From: Phyllobates terribilis
Lineage: Eukaryota
DNA length: 64,000 bases
NCBI RefSeq assembly: GCF_046119375.1
Contig: NW_027362765.1
Span: forward strand, 485,708,001-485,772,000
Reading direction: 5' to 3'
Part shown: positions 1 to 11,344 of the stretch, in pieces
Layout of the letters: each line of letters opens with the position of its first letter
Position numbering within the stretch: the stretch's first letter is position 1
Translations under genes and position numbers: made by a program
The notes under the pieces: model-generated
Seen by the model: the letters and a program-made list of their open reading frames with translations, nothing else
The model's database searches: none
What the model was told of the DNA's origin: nothing

Positions 1-14
1 GTTCGGCCCCTTAC

Positions 15-106
15 CAATCTGGTACTAAGTGGGTTATCAGTACTTTTAGCCCCAGAAACCCTCTTCGGTTGGGGTGGTCTATATGTGCATTATCAGATGA
101 GGAGGG
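15..106 (-). other. Candidate internal exon (92 nt) of an unidentified minus-strand gene
   Basis: Minus strand reads ttctttttgtttttcttgcacaacAG|CCCTCC...CAGATTG|GTAAGG: long polypyrimidine tract, canonical acceptor and donor. Only one frame is open (PSSSDNAHIDHPNRRGFLGLKVLITHLVPD), which I do not recognise; it may be UTR. Confidence 0.45.
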
Positions 107-1150
107 CTGTTGTGCAAGAAAAACAAAAAGAAATTACCCCACATTACTAAGCACTATGCAAAACTGATTAGCGAGGGTCTCAATCAGCCCCCCATTAATA
201 ACATACGGCACAACTTGTAGAAATAAGTTTGGTTCTACAGAGTAAACTGGAGTCAGAAAATGGCAGTAACCAAGCCCTCTGTGGCATTAACCTTTCAGTA
301 AACTCTGACTGTGGCAATGCATGAAGCGTGACGTTTAAAAGGGGCACTCCAAGTTCATGTGACTGACATAGTCCAACATGATACAATCTAGGACAAAGTT
401 TAATAGTATTTATAATTTGAGGCGTGCCAACTAATAGCAGATTTACAGCACGGAGGAGATCTTGCCTACCTGCAGGCACATAAGTATCAGCGGGAGGTCT
501 GTGGTAGACATATGGAAACTACTGTATGTAAGAAAGTTACAGAGCCACACGAGCTGTTAGTTTAGATCTACATAAGCTAAATGAAGCATTACCCTCTAAA
601 TAATTAACTTGATAACCGGTGGCATACAGTGGCAGTGCACATTAGACCAAGGTTAGCTAAACCCGCCTTCCTCAGTCCTCCATTGAATATGTACTGGATG
701 TTCGGCTCTGTGTCGGGAGAAAAAACAAAGGATCAGATAGGATGATCAGACATATTTCAGTTCAACCTGTTCTGAAGGGAGATCCGCTGTCACCAGAGGC
801 ATACGGGCGGGGGCAAATACCCATTCATCATAGAGGTAAAAGGGGATTCATGTATAAGGGGAGTCAGGAGAGAACTGTGGGCAGCGGGAGCATGTCAGTG
901 TACTGGGAGGAATAGCCTTCGGCTGAGCGAGTCCTCATCTATTGAGCGTGTATAGCCATGCTGAAGCTGGGCGTACCCAGCAGGTGTATGCCAGCTGAAC
1001 CCGCTGATTTTAGCAGCACTGGACGGCCATCTAAGGCTGGGATCACATTTTACGTCTGCAGACATGAGATGTGTTGGATTTATACAATGTAAACATGTAA
1101 AGTGTTCAATACAGCAACCTATGTCAGTTGACAAGTCACACACACATTAA

Positions 1151-2001
1151 GGCTGTGTGGCCACTATGCGTTTTTTAAGCGTTTCCTCAGCGGCAATTCC
1201 GCTGCAGAAACGGTTAAAAAATGCTTGGTAGAAGGTCTGCCATGGTCCCCAATGATAATCCGCATGTGCTGTGCACATGCTGCGGAAATTTCCGCAGCGG
1301 ATTATCATTGCGGAAAAAAACGCAGCACTACCAATTATTTTGCATAAACGCGGCGTTTTCGCCGCCATCGACTTGCATTGGATCGCATGACATCCGCATC
1401 ACTGCATCTGCAGAATCCATGCGTTTCAATGTGCGGATGGTACCCGGGTCTGGAGAAGAGGAGACTCTCCTCCGGAGCTGGGTACCATAGTACCTGTTAA
1501 ATAAATAAAATAAAAAATATACATTATACTTACATTCTGATGGCCCCCGGTGTCCTTAGCGATGCGTCTCGGCTTGCCGGCAACTCGCGATGGTCTGAAA
1601 AGGACCTGCCATGACGTCATTTAGTGACGTCGGCAGGTCCTTTAGTGTACCGCGAGCTGCCGGCAAGCCAGGACGCATCAGATAAAGACACCGGGGGCCA
1701 TCAGAAGGCAAGTATATATTTATTTTTTACCATTCTTTTAAGGTCACACTATATAAATCCATGCCGGTTGCATGGATTTATATAGTGTGACCAAGTTGTC
1801 AAGCACTTTCCAAGTGATGCTAAAATCGCCTGGAAAGTGCTTGTCAGCCCGCATGTGGAAGTGCATGTGAAGAACGCTTCACATCCGCATGTCCCTGGCA
1901 GGAAAAACCCATGTACAATCCGCATGTACAATCCGCATGCGTTTTTTCTGCCAGGGAGATGCAAAAAATCTGGAGCATTTCTGCATCGTGGGCACATAGC
2001 C
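1151..2001. mobile_element. PIF/Harbinger-type MITE (about 850 bp), TAA TSD
   Basis: TAA|GGCTGTGTGGCCACTATGC ... GCATCGTGGGCACATAGCC|TAA. A related copy lies in opposite orientation at 22402-23298. Confidence 0.85.
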
Positions 2002-2146
2002 TAAATGTGACATGTCCATCTGCATTTCTTTTAACATACATGTACGTCAAAGGCCGTGTCCCTGTCTTTGATGTGGGCTCGCATGCCGGGCCCACATCGC
2101 TCCCTGTACTTGATGGTTGATTTAATCAGCCATCAAGTGCCTCTAA

Positions 2147-2433
2147 GGCTGTGTGTCCACGATGCGTTTTTGGTGCGGATTTGCAGCGTGGAAACGCTCC
2201 AGAAACGCATTGCATACCTTATTCCACGACTTCCTATGACATTCTGCAGAAAAAATCCAGACATGACCAATTCTTGTGCGTTTCTGCATGCGGATTTGCC
2301 TATACAATGCATTGGAAAAACGAAGGGCAAATCTGCATGCAAAAAAAGCATAAAAAACACGTTTTTCTGCCAATAAGATGCAGAAATGCTCAGAAAAATT
2401 TCTGCTTCATTTCTGCATCGTGGGCACATAGCC
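2147..2433. mobile_element. Short Harbinger-type MITE
   Basis: TAA|GGCTGTGTGTCCACGATGC ... GCATCGTGGGCACATAGCC|AAA; same TIR family as 1151-2001, TSD with one mismatch. Confidence 0.75.
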
Positions 2434-2940
2434 AAATAGCCGCAGGTGGGCCGGGGCTTCACCCGCGGCTGTTAACCAGTTAAATCTCGCTGTCAATCAC
2501 TAACAGCAGGATTTCACACGTGACTGCAGGAAGCGTGTCACAAATCCTGCCTATTAGCACACTTGTCATGTGATCGGGGGGGAGCTATGGGTTGTCACAA
2601 CAGCCGGGGTTCTACAGAAGACCCCCGTGCCGGTCATTACGATACTCTTGGATGAGGTCGTGATTACTGTTATATATAGTCGGACGATTGCAGCTTCAAT
2701 TCTCCTATTAAAGACAGTAAAAAAAAAAAGTTATGAAAAATCAACAAAAAAACACCAGTTCAAAATCAACCCTCTTGTCTCTTAAAATTAAACAAAAAAA
2801 TACACATTTGGTATCGCTGCGTTCAGAAAAGTCCAATCAAAATATAAAATGAATTATTCCGATTGGTAAACAGTGCATCGAGAAAAAATTAAATAAATAA
2901 AATAAATAAGTAAAAAAAAAAAATCTAAAAGCTAGACTTA

Positions 2941-4107
2941 CTGTATTTTTCGGACCATAAGACGCACTTTTTTCCTCCAAAATTTTGGAGGAAAATGGGG
3001 GGTGCGTCTTATAGTCCGAATGTTGGGGGGGGGGTGTATATTTATGTGTGGTGTGGGGGGAGTGGTATCGGTGGAGGAGCGGGGCACAGGAGGCAGCAGC
3101 CGCCCGCTGCAGCCTACACTGTCCCTGCTGCTAAAGAAAACGAATATTCACTGCTCCCCACGCCCATGGGGCCTCCTTAATAGCGGTATACAGTGTAGCT
3201 GCGCTGGGCTGCTGCTGCCGGCTATCTCCTGTGCCCGCTGTTAAAGGGCATGAATATTCAACCTCTCTCCACGCCCATGGGCGTGGGGAAGGGGGTGAAT
3301 ATTAATGCCCTTTAATGAGCGGGCACAGGAGATAGCAGGCAGAGGCGCGGCTCCGCTGTGTGCCGGCTATGAAGGAGAGTGAAGTCACTGCGCACACAGA
3401 CCCGGCGTGGGGAGCAGTGACTTCCAGCAGCTGATCTCTCCTTGTGAGCCGCGCATGGCAGTGACGTCATGCGTAGCTCACATGGAGAGATCAGTGCAGG
3501 CAGACCGGACGCAGAAAAGGAGGAGAGAAGAGAGGTGAGTAGGAGTGTTTATTTTTTTTTTGTGCAGCATGATGGGGATGAGGGGTGCCATGCATACCAG
3601 GACAGGGATGAGGGGTGCCATGCATACCAGGACAGGGATGAGGGGTGCCATGCATACCAGGACAGGGATTAGGGGGTGCCATGCATACCAGGATAGGTAT
3701 GAGGGGGTGCCATGCATACCAGGATAGGTATGAGGGGGTGCCATGCATACCAGGATAGGTATGAGGGGGTGCCATGCATACCAGGATAAGTATGAGGGGG
3801 TGCCATGCATACCAGGATAAGTATGAGGGGGTGCCATGCATACCAGGATAAGTATGAGGGGGTGCCATGCATACCAGGATAAGGATGAGGGGTGCCAGGC
3901 ATACCAGGATAAGGATGGGGACCACGTATAAAAGGAAGGGGGGGGGGGGCAGCATATATACCAGGATGGAGGATATTGTCAGAATTGGGGGACATTACCC
4001 CTATACCAGTGTCAGCAGAAAACCCCCTCCCCCTTAGAAGTGCATCATGGCCACATTTTTTGCTTACATTTTATGGTCCGGTGCGTCTTATAGTCCAAAA
4101 AATACAG
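2941..4107. mobile_element. Tc1/mariner (Tc2-like terminus) non-autonomous element, TA TSD
   Basis: TA|CTGTATTTTTCGGACCATAAGACGCAC ... GTGCGTCTTATAGTCCAAAAAATACAG|TA. Contains a 30-32 bp minisatellite. Confidence 0.8.
3574..3920. repeat. 30-32 bp minisatellite (GGGGGTGCCATGCATACCAGGATA...) inside the Tc2-like MITE
   Basis: About 11 directly visible tandem units. Confidence 0.9.
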
Positions 4108-5150
4108 TACTTTTTTTGGCTGCTGCAACATTGCAATAAGAGGCGATCAAAACATTGCATTTACCCCCAAATGATATAAAAAATAAGGGTGCAAAAATAA
4201 GCAATCATACAGCCCCAAATACTGAAAAACGGAAACACTACAAGTTTTGGAAAATGTTGACAAAAACTTTTTTTTAACAAATGTCTGTAATTTTTTTCAA
4301 CATCTAAATAAAAAAAAAAAAAACTATACGTTTGGTATCTGCACACTCGTACTGATCTGGAGAATCATATTGCCAGGTCAGTTTTACCATATAGTGAACA
4401 TGGTAAGTAAGTAAATAAAAAAAAAATAAAAAACTATAGTGGAATTACACTTTATTTTTTGCAATCTCAACACACTTGGAATTTTTTCCAGTACACTATA
4501 TGGTAAAATTAATGACGTTATTCAAAAGTACAACTTGTCCTGCAGAAAACAAGCCCTCATACAGCTATATGGCCAAAAAAATAAAGTTATGACTCTTGGA
4601 AGAAGGGGAGGAAAAACACAAAAACGGAAAAAAAAAAAAAAGCCTGGTAGTGAAGGGGTTAAAAAAAATTCTCTAGTCACTAAGTTTTTACACACCCATG
4701 CCCCTACATTTTGGCAACAAGTCTTTGGGTAGGGGCAGAGGGTGTGACAGGAAATGTAAACCTCTCTCTTCCCCACCAAATTCATTAATAACCTATTCCT
4801 TAGTCTCACTGAGCTGTAAGTGATTTACGTTTCCCATTGAGAATAACACAGAGAATAAAAGCTAAACTTTTCTATAGAGGTTTTTTTTTTTTTTTTAAGT
4901 ACTAAGTGCGATCAACTACGCTAGTCTGTAATCCTACCCCGCTAGTCTGTAATCCTACCCCAAAAGCAACAAAAAGAAAATCAGAAAGAAAAAAAGGACA
5001 AAAACTTGTCAAAGTATAGTTAAGAGAGGATTATTTGTGCCAGGTCGCCCAGTTTAATCCATAGGTATGTGGCAAGTGGTGTATGTCCGGACTGCACCAT
5101 ATATGTGATGTGTAAGGAGGAGGCGCACAGGACACACTGGCCATGTGCTC

Positions 5151-5320
5151 ATCCCACCGAGGACAACATCTGCAAGGAGTTTGTATGGGTTTCCTCCCAC
5201 ACTCCAAAGACATACTGATAGGAAATCTAGATTGTGAGCCCCGATGGGGACAGCGACGATAATGTCTGTAAAGAGCTGTGGAATATGTCAGTGCTATATA
5301 AAAATAAAGATTATTATTAT
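5151..5320 (+). mobile_element. 5'-truncated, internally deleted V-SINE copy
   Basis: Nearly identical to the 3' two-thirds of 49648-49916 (ATCTGCAAGGAGTTTG ... TAGATTGTGAGCCCCGATGGGGACAG ... AAAAATAAAGATTATTATT). Confidence 0.8.
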
Positions 5321-5389
5321 AGGGGAGATCAGACGATGACCGGCACAAGCTTGTGTGTATGAGAGGGGGCATCACCCTCTGAGTGCAGC

Positions 5390-6670
5390 CATGTGAGTGG
5401 CACCAGCCCTCAAGCAGTGCGGCCGATTTGGCCGGAGACTACCGGCACGCCATCTTCCCGTCCGTCCTCTCACTAGCGCTACGTCTTCACACCCTACGAG
5501 CCCGAGTTTAGGGTCATTATGGTAAAACACTCACATTACCCCATTGCAAAGCAACGTAAACAAACCACCCGGTCCAAGCAGCTCACCCTCACGTGAGGAG
5601 TAGATACCTCGGCCCCGGCACATGGTGCTGAGTAACCAGCCTCCGCTGTCTGTGCTAAAGTCCAGGCCTGACACAGCTGGAGACCTTTACCCCCCAACCC
5701 TCCAGGCTGCTGTGGGGACCTGAGGTAACCAGCTAACACACACGGCGGGGGGCATAATAAGGCCAGTATGGGGGGCACAACAGCCATGGTCCTACACATT
5801 ACACAGACACATATGGCAGCAAAGATCTCCTAACGTTCTGCACCAGACAAGTCCACAAGAGCTCCCACTCTCTATTATCAGCCACAGGTGGGCCTCTGCC
5901 TCCTGTAGGGCAGGATTTCTGCATTCTTGTCGGATCCGTCCCTGAAGTTATGGCAGAGAATCCTATAACTACCCTGATGACGTCACAGCACGGGGATCCA
6001 CACAAGTAAACACCCGGGGCTGCCCCTACACGTGTAGGACCACAAGTCCCAGGGAGCACACAAGCGGCAGACCACTGTGGCCCGTCCCGGTCCCCCCTCT
6101 CCCCGCACAGTGCACTCACCGCCCGCCGCTCTGCTCCGGAGAGTCCCGGCGCCGCTCGCTCCAGAAGTTAGTGGAAGATACTGATGTCTGCGGGAAGGAG
6201 GGACACGGGGGCGGGAGTCCGGGCCGGAGCCTATAGGAGCGGCGGCCCCGCAGGCCCGTACAGACTGACGCGGAGGGGAGTGTGCTGCGCTCCGGCTGAG
6301 CACAGGGTGTGGTGCTGCTCATTAAGAAATGTGTCCCAGGAGCAGCGCTGCCTCCAGAGGACAACCACCCTCAGCATCCGCACACAAGATGTACTGCGTG
6401 GCCACGGAGAAGAAGCGAGCCCCGCACTGTCACTTTCTTCACGTCTGATTGGTCAAGGAAAGTCCAGCACAAACTTATTGCCCCTCCCCCAGCTCCTCAG
6501 GATTCGGGGAAAGTTTTCAGAAAGTCATGAGCAGCGGCCAGAAGTTGTGCGCTGTGCACGGGGGCTGCACCAAGAGCTCCCGAAATGGGGAGAAGTGAAG
6601 ATCTGGCCCCACTGCTCACCCCGAGAGGGGGGTCTCCATACAGGCTGCTCTGCAGAGCCACATCTGTAGG
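5390..6670. promoter_or_regulatory. CpG-island-like promoter region, probably driving a minus-strand gene
   Basis: Locally GC/CpG-rich and not recognisable as a TE. Motifs: YY1-like CGCCATCTT at 5448, CRE TGACGTCA at 5978-5985, E-box palindrome CCTACACGTGTAGG near 6024, ATTGG (CCAAT on minus) at 6448-6452, minus-strand donor GGCG|GTGAGT at 6120/6119. Confidence 0.6.
6120..6187 (-). other. Candidate 5' (first or UTR) exon of the minus-strand gene
   Basis: Strong donor GGGCG|GTGAGTGC. Upstream on minus is ccctccttcccgcAG, which is either an acceptor or the TSS region. Lies inside the CpG island. Confidence 0.45.
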
Positions 6671-6728
6671 CCGCAGTCAGTGGGGCAGCTGTCTACTAGG
6701 TGTTCAGGGGTCTTCACAGATAAAGTGC

Positions 6729-7115
6729 GTGCCCACGCTACTCTACAGAGGCGTGAGCTACTCTACGGAGGCGTTCGCGTGCCCACTCTACTCTACGGAG
6801 GCGTTCGCCTGCCCACTCTACTCTACGGAGGCGTTCGCCTGCCCACTCTACTCTACGGAGGCGTTCGCCTGCCCACTCTACAGAGGCATTCGCGTGCCCA
6901 CTCTACAGAAGCATTCGCGTGCCCACTCTACTCTACGGAGGCGTTTGCGTGCCCACTCTACTGAGGCGTTTGCGTGCTCACTCTACTGAGGCGTTTGCGT
7001 GCCCACTGTACTCTACGGAGGCGTTCGCTACTCTATGGGGGCATTCGCATGCCCACTCTACGGAGGCGTTCGCGAGCCCACTCTACGGAGGCATTCGCAT
7101 GCCCATTCTACTCTA
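6729..7115. repeat. 25/30-bp CpG-rich minisatellite (CTCTACGGAGGCGTTCGCGTGCCCACTCTA)
   Basis: About 13 visible units. The short ORFs here (STEAFACPLY repeats) are repeat artefacts. Confidence 0.9.
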
Positions 7116-8193
7116 TGGAGCCATTCATGAACCCATGGGTTTTTTGTGGCTCGTGTGTACTTAAAAAAAAAATTCACTGAGACAAGTCCATTTGTGATTC
7201 AAGTCACGGATGAAAATTACACATACAAGTATATACGTCCATGATAATGACAGCACACAGATGGCATCAGTGTAATTCACACGAGTGTATAAAAAAAAAT
7301 CGTTCAATTTTCATCCAGAAAAAAAGTGATTTTTCATCTGCATTGTCATCTGTATATCTGTATTTTACATCTGTAAGGCATCAGCTTCTATACATCAGCA
7401 GTGAATGAAATTTACAACCTGTTCCTGGGGCTGTGGGAGAGAGACCTCTCCCTGTCTGATCAGCGGTTGTCGATGTATCGTGTCCTTTTGTGGGCACGCT
7501 ACAACAACGACATCTTTCTGATCTGGCAGGGACGCTAAATGAAAATGATATGAATATCCATATAGCATATCAGTGTGAACCCAATAAAGCGGAGTTTCTA
7601 GATGTGACTATAAGTAGAGAGATGGATAACGGTATTAAGACAAATATTTTTAGGAAGCCAACATCTACCAATACTTTATTGCATGCACTGTCCTCACATC
7701 CACAATATATGATACGTTCTGTTCCAGTGGGACAATTCTTATGCCTTAGGAGAATTTGCTCCACGGACAGTGACTTTGAAATTCAATCTCGTGATTTAAA
7801 GGAAAGGTTCTATGAAAGTGGCTACAGCCGCAGGTCAGTCAAAAGGGCATTCAATAGGGCCAAGAACTCCACTCATCATAGTCTTTTGTATGGATCCAGG
7901 GACAATACGAATAGTGAGATGGTGAGATTTATCACAAAATATCACACCCAGGTCCCGGCAATGAGGAGGGCCCTTGAAAAGGCATGGCCAGTCCTTAGAA
8001 CCGATCCTATTTTGGCAAGATATGTTTCTGATAAGCCAGTGATAATGTTTTGACGTGCTAAAAACCTCCAGGATCACCTTGTGCGGAGTCACTATGAGGG
8101 AAAACCCAGATTTACTTTCCTTGATGGAGTGGGTGGTAGGAAGCGTGGCTGTAATTCGTGTGGTCACTGTGTCGCTTGCCCCAACATAGATCA

Positions 8194-9648
8194 CTAGCTA
8201 TTGAACCCGTTCTACGCCCGGGTGGCGAGCATTTTTATTGGTATATGGTCTCCCATGCTGGTATGTGCTGCCCCCCTCCTTGTATTTGTGCTGCCCCCAT
8301 TCTGTCCCCACCATCCAATCCTGGTATGCGTGGCACCCCTCACCCCCAATCCTGGTATGCATGGCACCCCTCACCCCCAATCCTGGTATGCGTGGCACCC
8401 CTCACCCCCAATCCTGGTATGCGTGGCACCCCTCATCCTGGTATGCATGGCAACCTATCCCTCACTCCCAATCCCGGTATGCGTGGCACCCCTCACCCCC
8501 AATCCCGGTATGCGTGGCACCCCTCATCCCGGTATGTGTGGGTCCCCTCACCCCCAATCCCGGTATGCGTGGCACCCCTCACCCCCAATCCTGGTATGCG
8601 TGGCACCCCTCATCCTTATCCTGGGGTGTATTGTATCCCTCATCCTGGTATGCATGGCACCCCATCCCTCATTCCCAATCCCAGTATGCGTGGCACCCCT
8701 CATCCCCAATCCCGGTATGCATGGCACCCCTCACCCCCAATCCCAGTATGCCTGGCACCCCTCACCCCCAATCCCGGTATGCGTGGCACCCCTCACCGCC
8801 CAACCTGGTATGCGTGACACCCCTCACCCCCCAATCCTGGTATGCGTGGCACCCCTCATCCCTATCCTGGTGTGTATTGTATCCCTCATCCTGGTATGCA
8901 TGGCACCCTATCCCTCACCCCCAATCCCAGTATGCCTGGCACCCCTCACCCCCAATCCCAGTATGCGTAGCACCCCTCACCCCCCAATCCGGGTATGCGT
9001 GGTACCTCTCACCACCCAATCCTGGTATGCGTGGTACCCCTCACCCCCCAATCCTGGTATGCGTGGTACCCCTCACCCCCCAATCCTGGTATGTGTGGTA
9101 CCCCTCACCCCCCAATCCTGGTATGTGTGGTACCCCTCACCCCCCAATCCTGATATATGCATGGTCCCCTCACCCCTTTCACACTGTACACACATACGAA
9201 AAAATAAACAGTTATACTCACCTTTCTTCTCTGTGCTCCAGCGCTGCAGCGTCCTGTTCTGCCGGAGGCTGGGGGAGGAGAGCGGCGCCAGAGCACCGCG
9301 CTGTCCGGTGCCATTTTGCTGAAGACACACTGTAAATGTGTCTTCAGTAAAATGGCGCCGGATAGCGCTATGCGCACGCGCCGATCCGACGTCTCACTCC
9401 GCCCCCGGTCTCCGCTTTAGAGAGGCGCCGCGGCAACGATCTTCCCGGTCAGGTAAGTATCTAAGTATGGCGCCGGAGATCGAAGTGTGCGTTCAGTGCC
9501 TACATACACTGCGATCTCCGACGCCATACACCTCCTCTTACCTGTAACGGCTGGATGCCTGCTTCTCTCTGGAGCCAGACTGCGCGTCACGCATGCGCAG
9601 TCTATCGAGGCTTCGGACAGAGACACGCATCCCCGGTTATATTATAGA
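8194..9648 (-). mobile_element. Non-autonomous Helitron
   Basis: On minus it begins 5'-TCTATAAT and ends with hairpin CCCG-GGCGTAGAA-CGGG, then TTCAATAG-CTAG-3'. Inserted between A and T with no TSD; removal restores the host PLE frame. Confidence 0.85.
8323..9155. repeat. About 30-bp minisatellite inside the Helitron (GGTATGCGTGGCACCCCTCACCCCCAATCCT)
   Basis: More than 25 degenerate units. ORFs 8158-9335 are repeat artefacts. Confidence 0.9.
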
Positions 9649-9778
9649 TAGTACTGACTTTTGTGACTCCAGTGGAATCACAACCTTTGAGATCAACAAA
9701 TACATTACATGTCAGACACGATATGTGATATACCATGCCACGAGTCCATGTGGACTCAACTACATTGGAATGACCATA

Positions 9779-11344
9779 CAGTCATGGCCAAAAGTTTTGA
9801 GAATGACACCAAAATTATATTTTCACATGATCTGCTGACCTCTGGTTTTTATTAGTGTTTGTCTGATGTTTATATCACATACAGAAATATAATTGCAATC
9901 ATATTATGAGTACCAATAGGTTATATTGACAGTTAGAATGAGTTAATGCAGCAAGTCAATATTTGCAGTGTTGCCCCTTCTTCTTCAAGACCTCTGTAAT
10001 TCTCCCTGGCATGCTCTCAATCAACTTTTGGACCAAATCCTGACTGATAGCAGTCAATTCTTGCATAATCAATGCTTGCATTTTGCCAGAATTTGTTGGT
10101 TTTTGTTTGTTCACCCGTCTCTTGATGATTGACCACAAGTTCTCAATGGGATTAAGATCTGGGGAGTTTCCAGGCCATGGACCCAAAATCTCTGTTTTGT
10201 TCCATGAGCCATTTAGTTATCACCTTTGCTTTATGGCAAGGTGCTCCATCATGCTGGAAAAGGCATTGTTGGGCGCCAAACTGCTCTTGGACGGTTGGGA
10301 GAAGTTGCTCTTGGAGGACATTCTGATACCATTCTTTATTCATGGCTGTGTTTTTAGGCAAGACTGAGTGATCCGATTCCCTTGGCTGAGACGCAACCCC
10401 ACACATGAATGGTTTCAGGATGCTTTACAGTTGGCATGAGACAAGACTGGTGGTAGCGCTCACCTCTTCTTCTCCGAATAAGCTGTTTTCCAGATGTCCC
10501 AAACAATCGAAAAGGGGATTCATCAGAGAAAATGACTTTGCCCCAGTCCTCAGCAGTCCACTCCCTGTACCTTTTGCAGAATATCAGTCGGTCCCTGATG
10601 TTTTTTCTGGAGAGAAGTGGCTTCTTTGCTGCCCTCCTTGAAACCAGCCCTTGCTCAAAGAGTCTCCGCCTCACAGTGCGTGCAGAAGCACTCACACCAG
10701 CCTGCTGCCATTCCTGAGCAAGCTCGGCACTGCTGGTAGTCCGATCCCGCAGCTGAAACAGTTTTAAGATACGGTCCTGGCGCTTGCTGGTCTTTCTTGG
10801 GCGCCCTGGAGCCTTTTTGACAACAATGGAAGCTCTCTCCTTGAAGTTCTTGATGATGCGATAGATTGTTGACTGAGGTGCAATCTTTGTAGCTGCGATA
10901 CTCTTCCCTGTTAGGCCATTTTTGTGCAGTGCAATGATGGCTGCACGTGTTTCTTTAGAGATAACCATGGTTAACTGAAGAGAAACAATGATACCAAGAA
11001 CCAGCCTCCTTTTAAAGTGTCCAGTGATGTCATTCTTACTTAATCATGACTGATTGATCGCCAGCCCTGTCCTCATCAACACCCACACCTGTGTTAATGG
11101 ATCAATCACTAAAACGATGTTAGCTGCTCCTTTTAAGGCAGGACTGCAATGATGTTGAAATGTGTTTTGGGGGTTAAAGTTCATTTTCTGGGCAAATATT
11201 GACTTTGCAAGTACAGTAATTGCTGTTAAGCTGATAACTCATTGACATTCAGGAGTATATGCAAATTGCCATTACAAAAAATGAAGCAGTAAACTTTGGA
11301 AAAATTACTATTTGTCTCATTCTCAATACTTTTGGCCATGACTG
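9779..11344 (-). mobile_element. Full-length Tc1-family transposon (1566 bp), short TIRs, TA TSD
   Basis: TA|CAGTCATGGCCAAAAGTTTTGAGAATGA ... TCATTCTCAATACTTTTGGCCATGACTG|TA, with the transposase on minus. Confidence 0.95.
9956..10968 (-). pseudogene. Tc1 DD34E transposase with two frameshifts
   Basis: ORFs 10354-10968 (paired-like HTH, GRPRK, FSDES), 10152-10406 (FQHDGAPCH) and 9956-10186 (WPGNSPDLNPIENLW...KGQHCKY). Confidence 0.93.

Larger units (their letters stand above)
2035..4658. mobile_element. TTAA-flanked non-autonomous DNA element (piggyBac-like termini) hosting two nested MITEs
   Basis: Right end is GAAGGGG|TTAA at 4658; the left end after TTAA (2031-2034) is degenerate. The AT-rich interior has a related inverted fragment near 39200-39560. 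Superfamily is inferred from the terminus only. Confidence 0.5.

Noticed and set aside
195-479. 94-aa minus ORF as a gene
   Set aside because: Starts at GTG, crosses a probable CAG|GTAGG donor, and has no recognisable domain.
4920-4961. 21-bp tandem duplication GCTAGTCTGTAATCCTACCCC x2
   Set aside because: Real but an ordinary slippage duplication with no supporting context.
8158-9335. 219-373 aa Pro/Cys-rich ORFs
   Set aside because: Translations of the Helitron minisatellite, open in all three plus frames.
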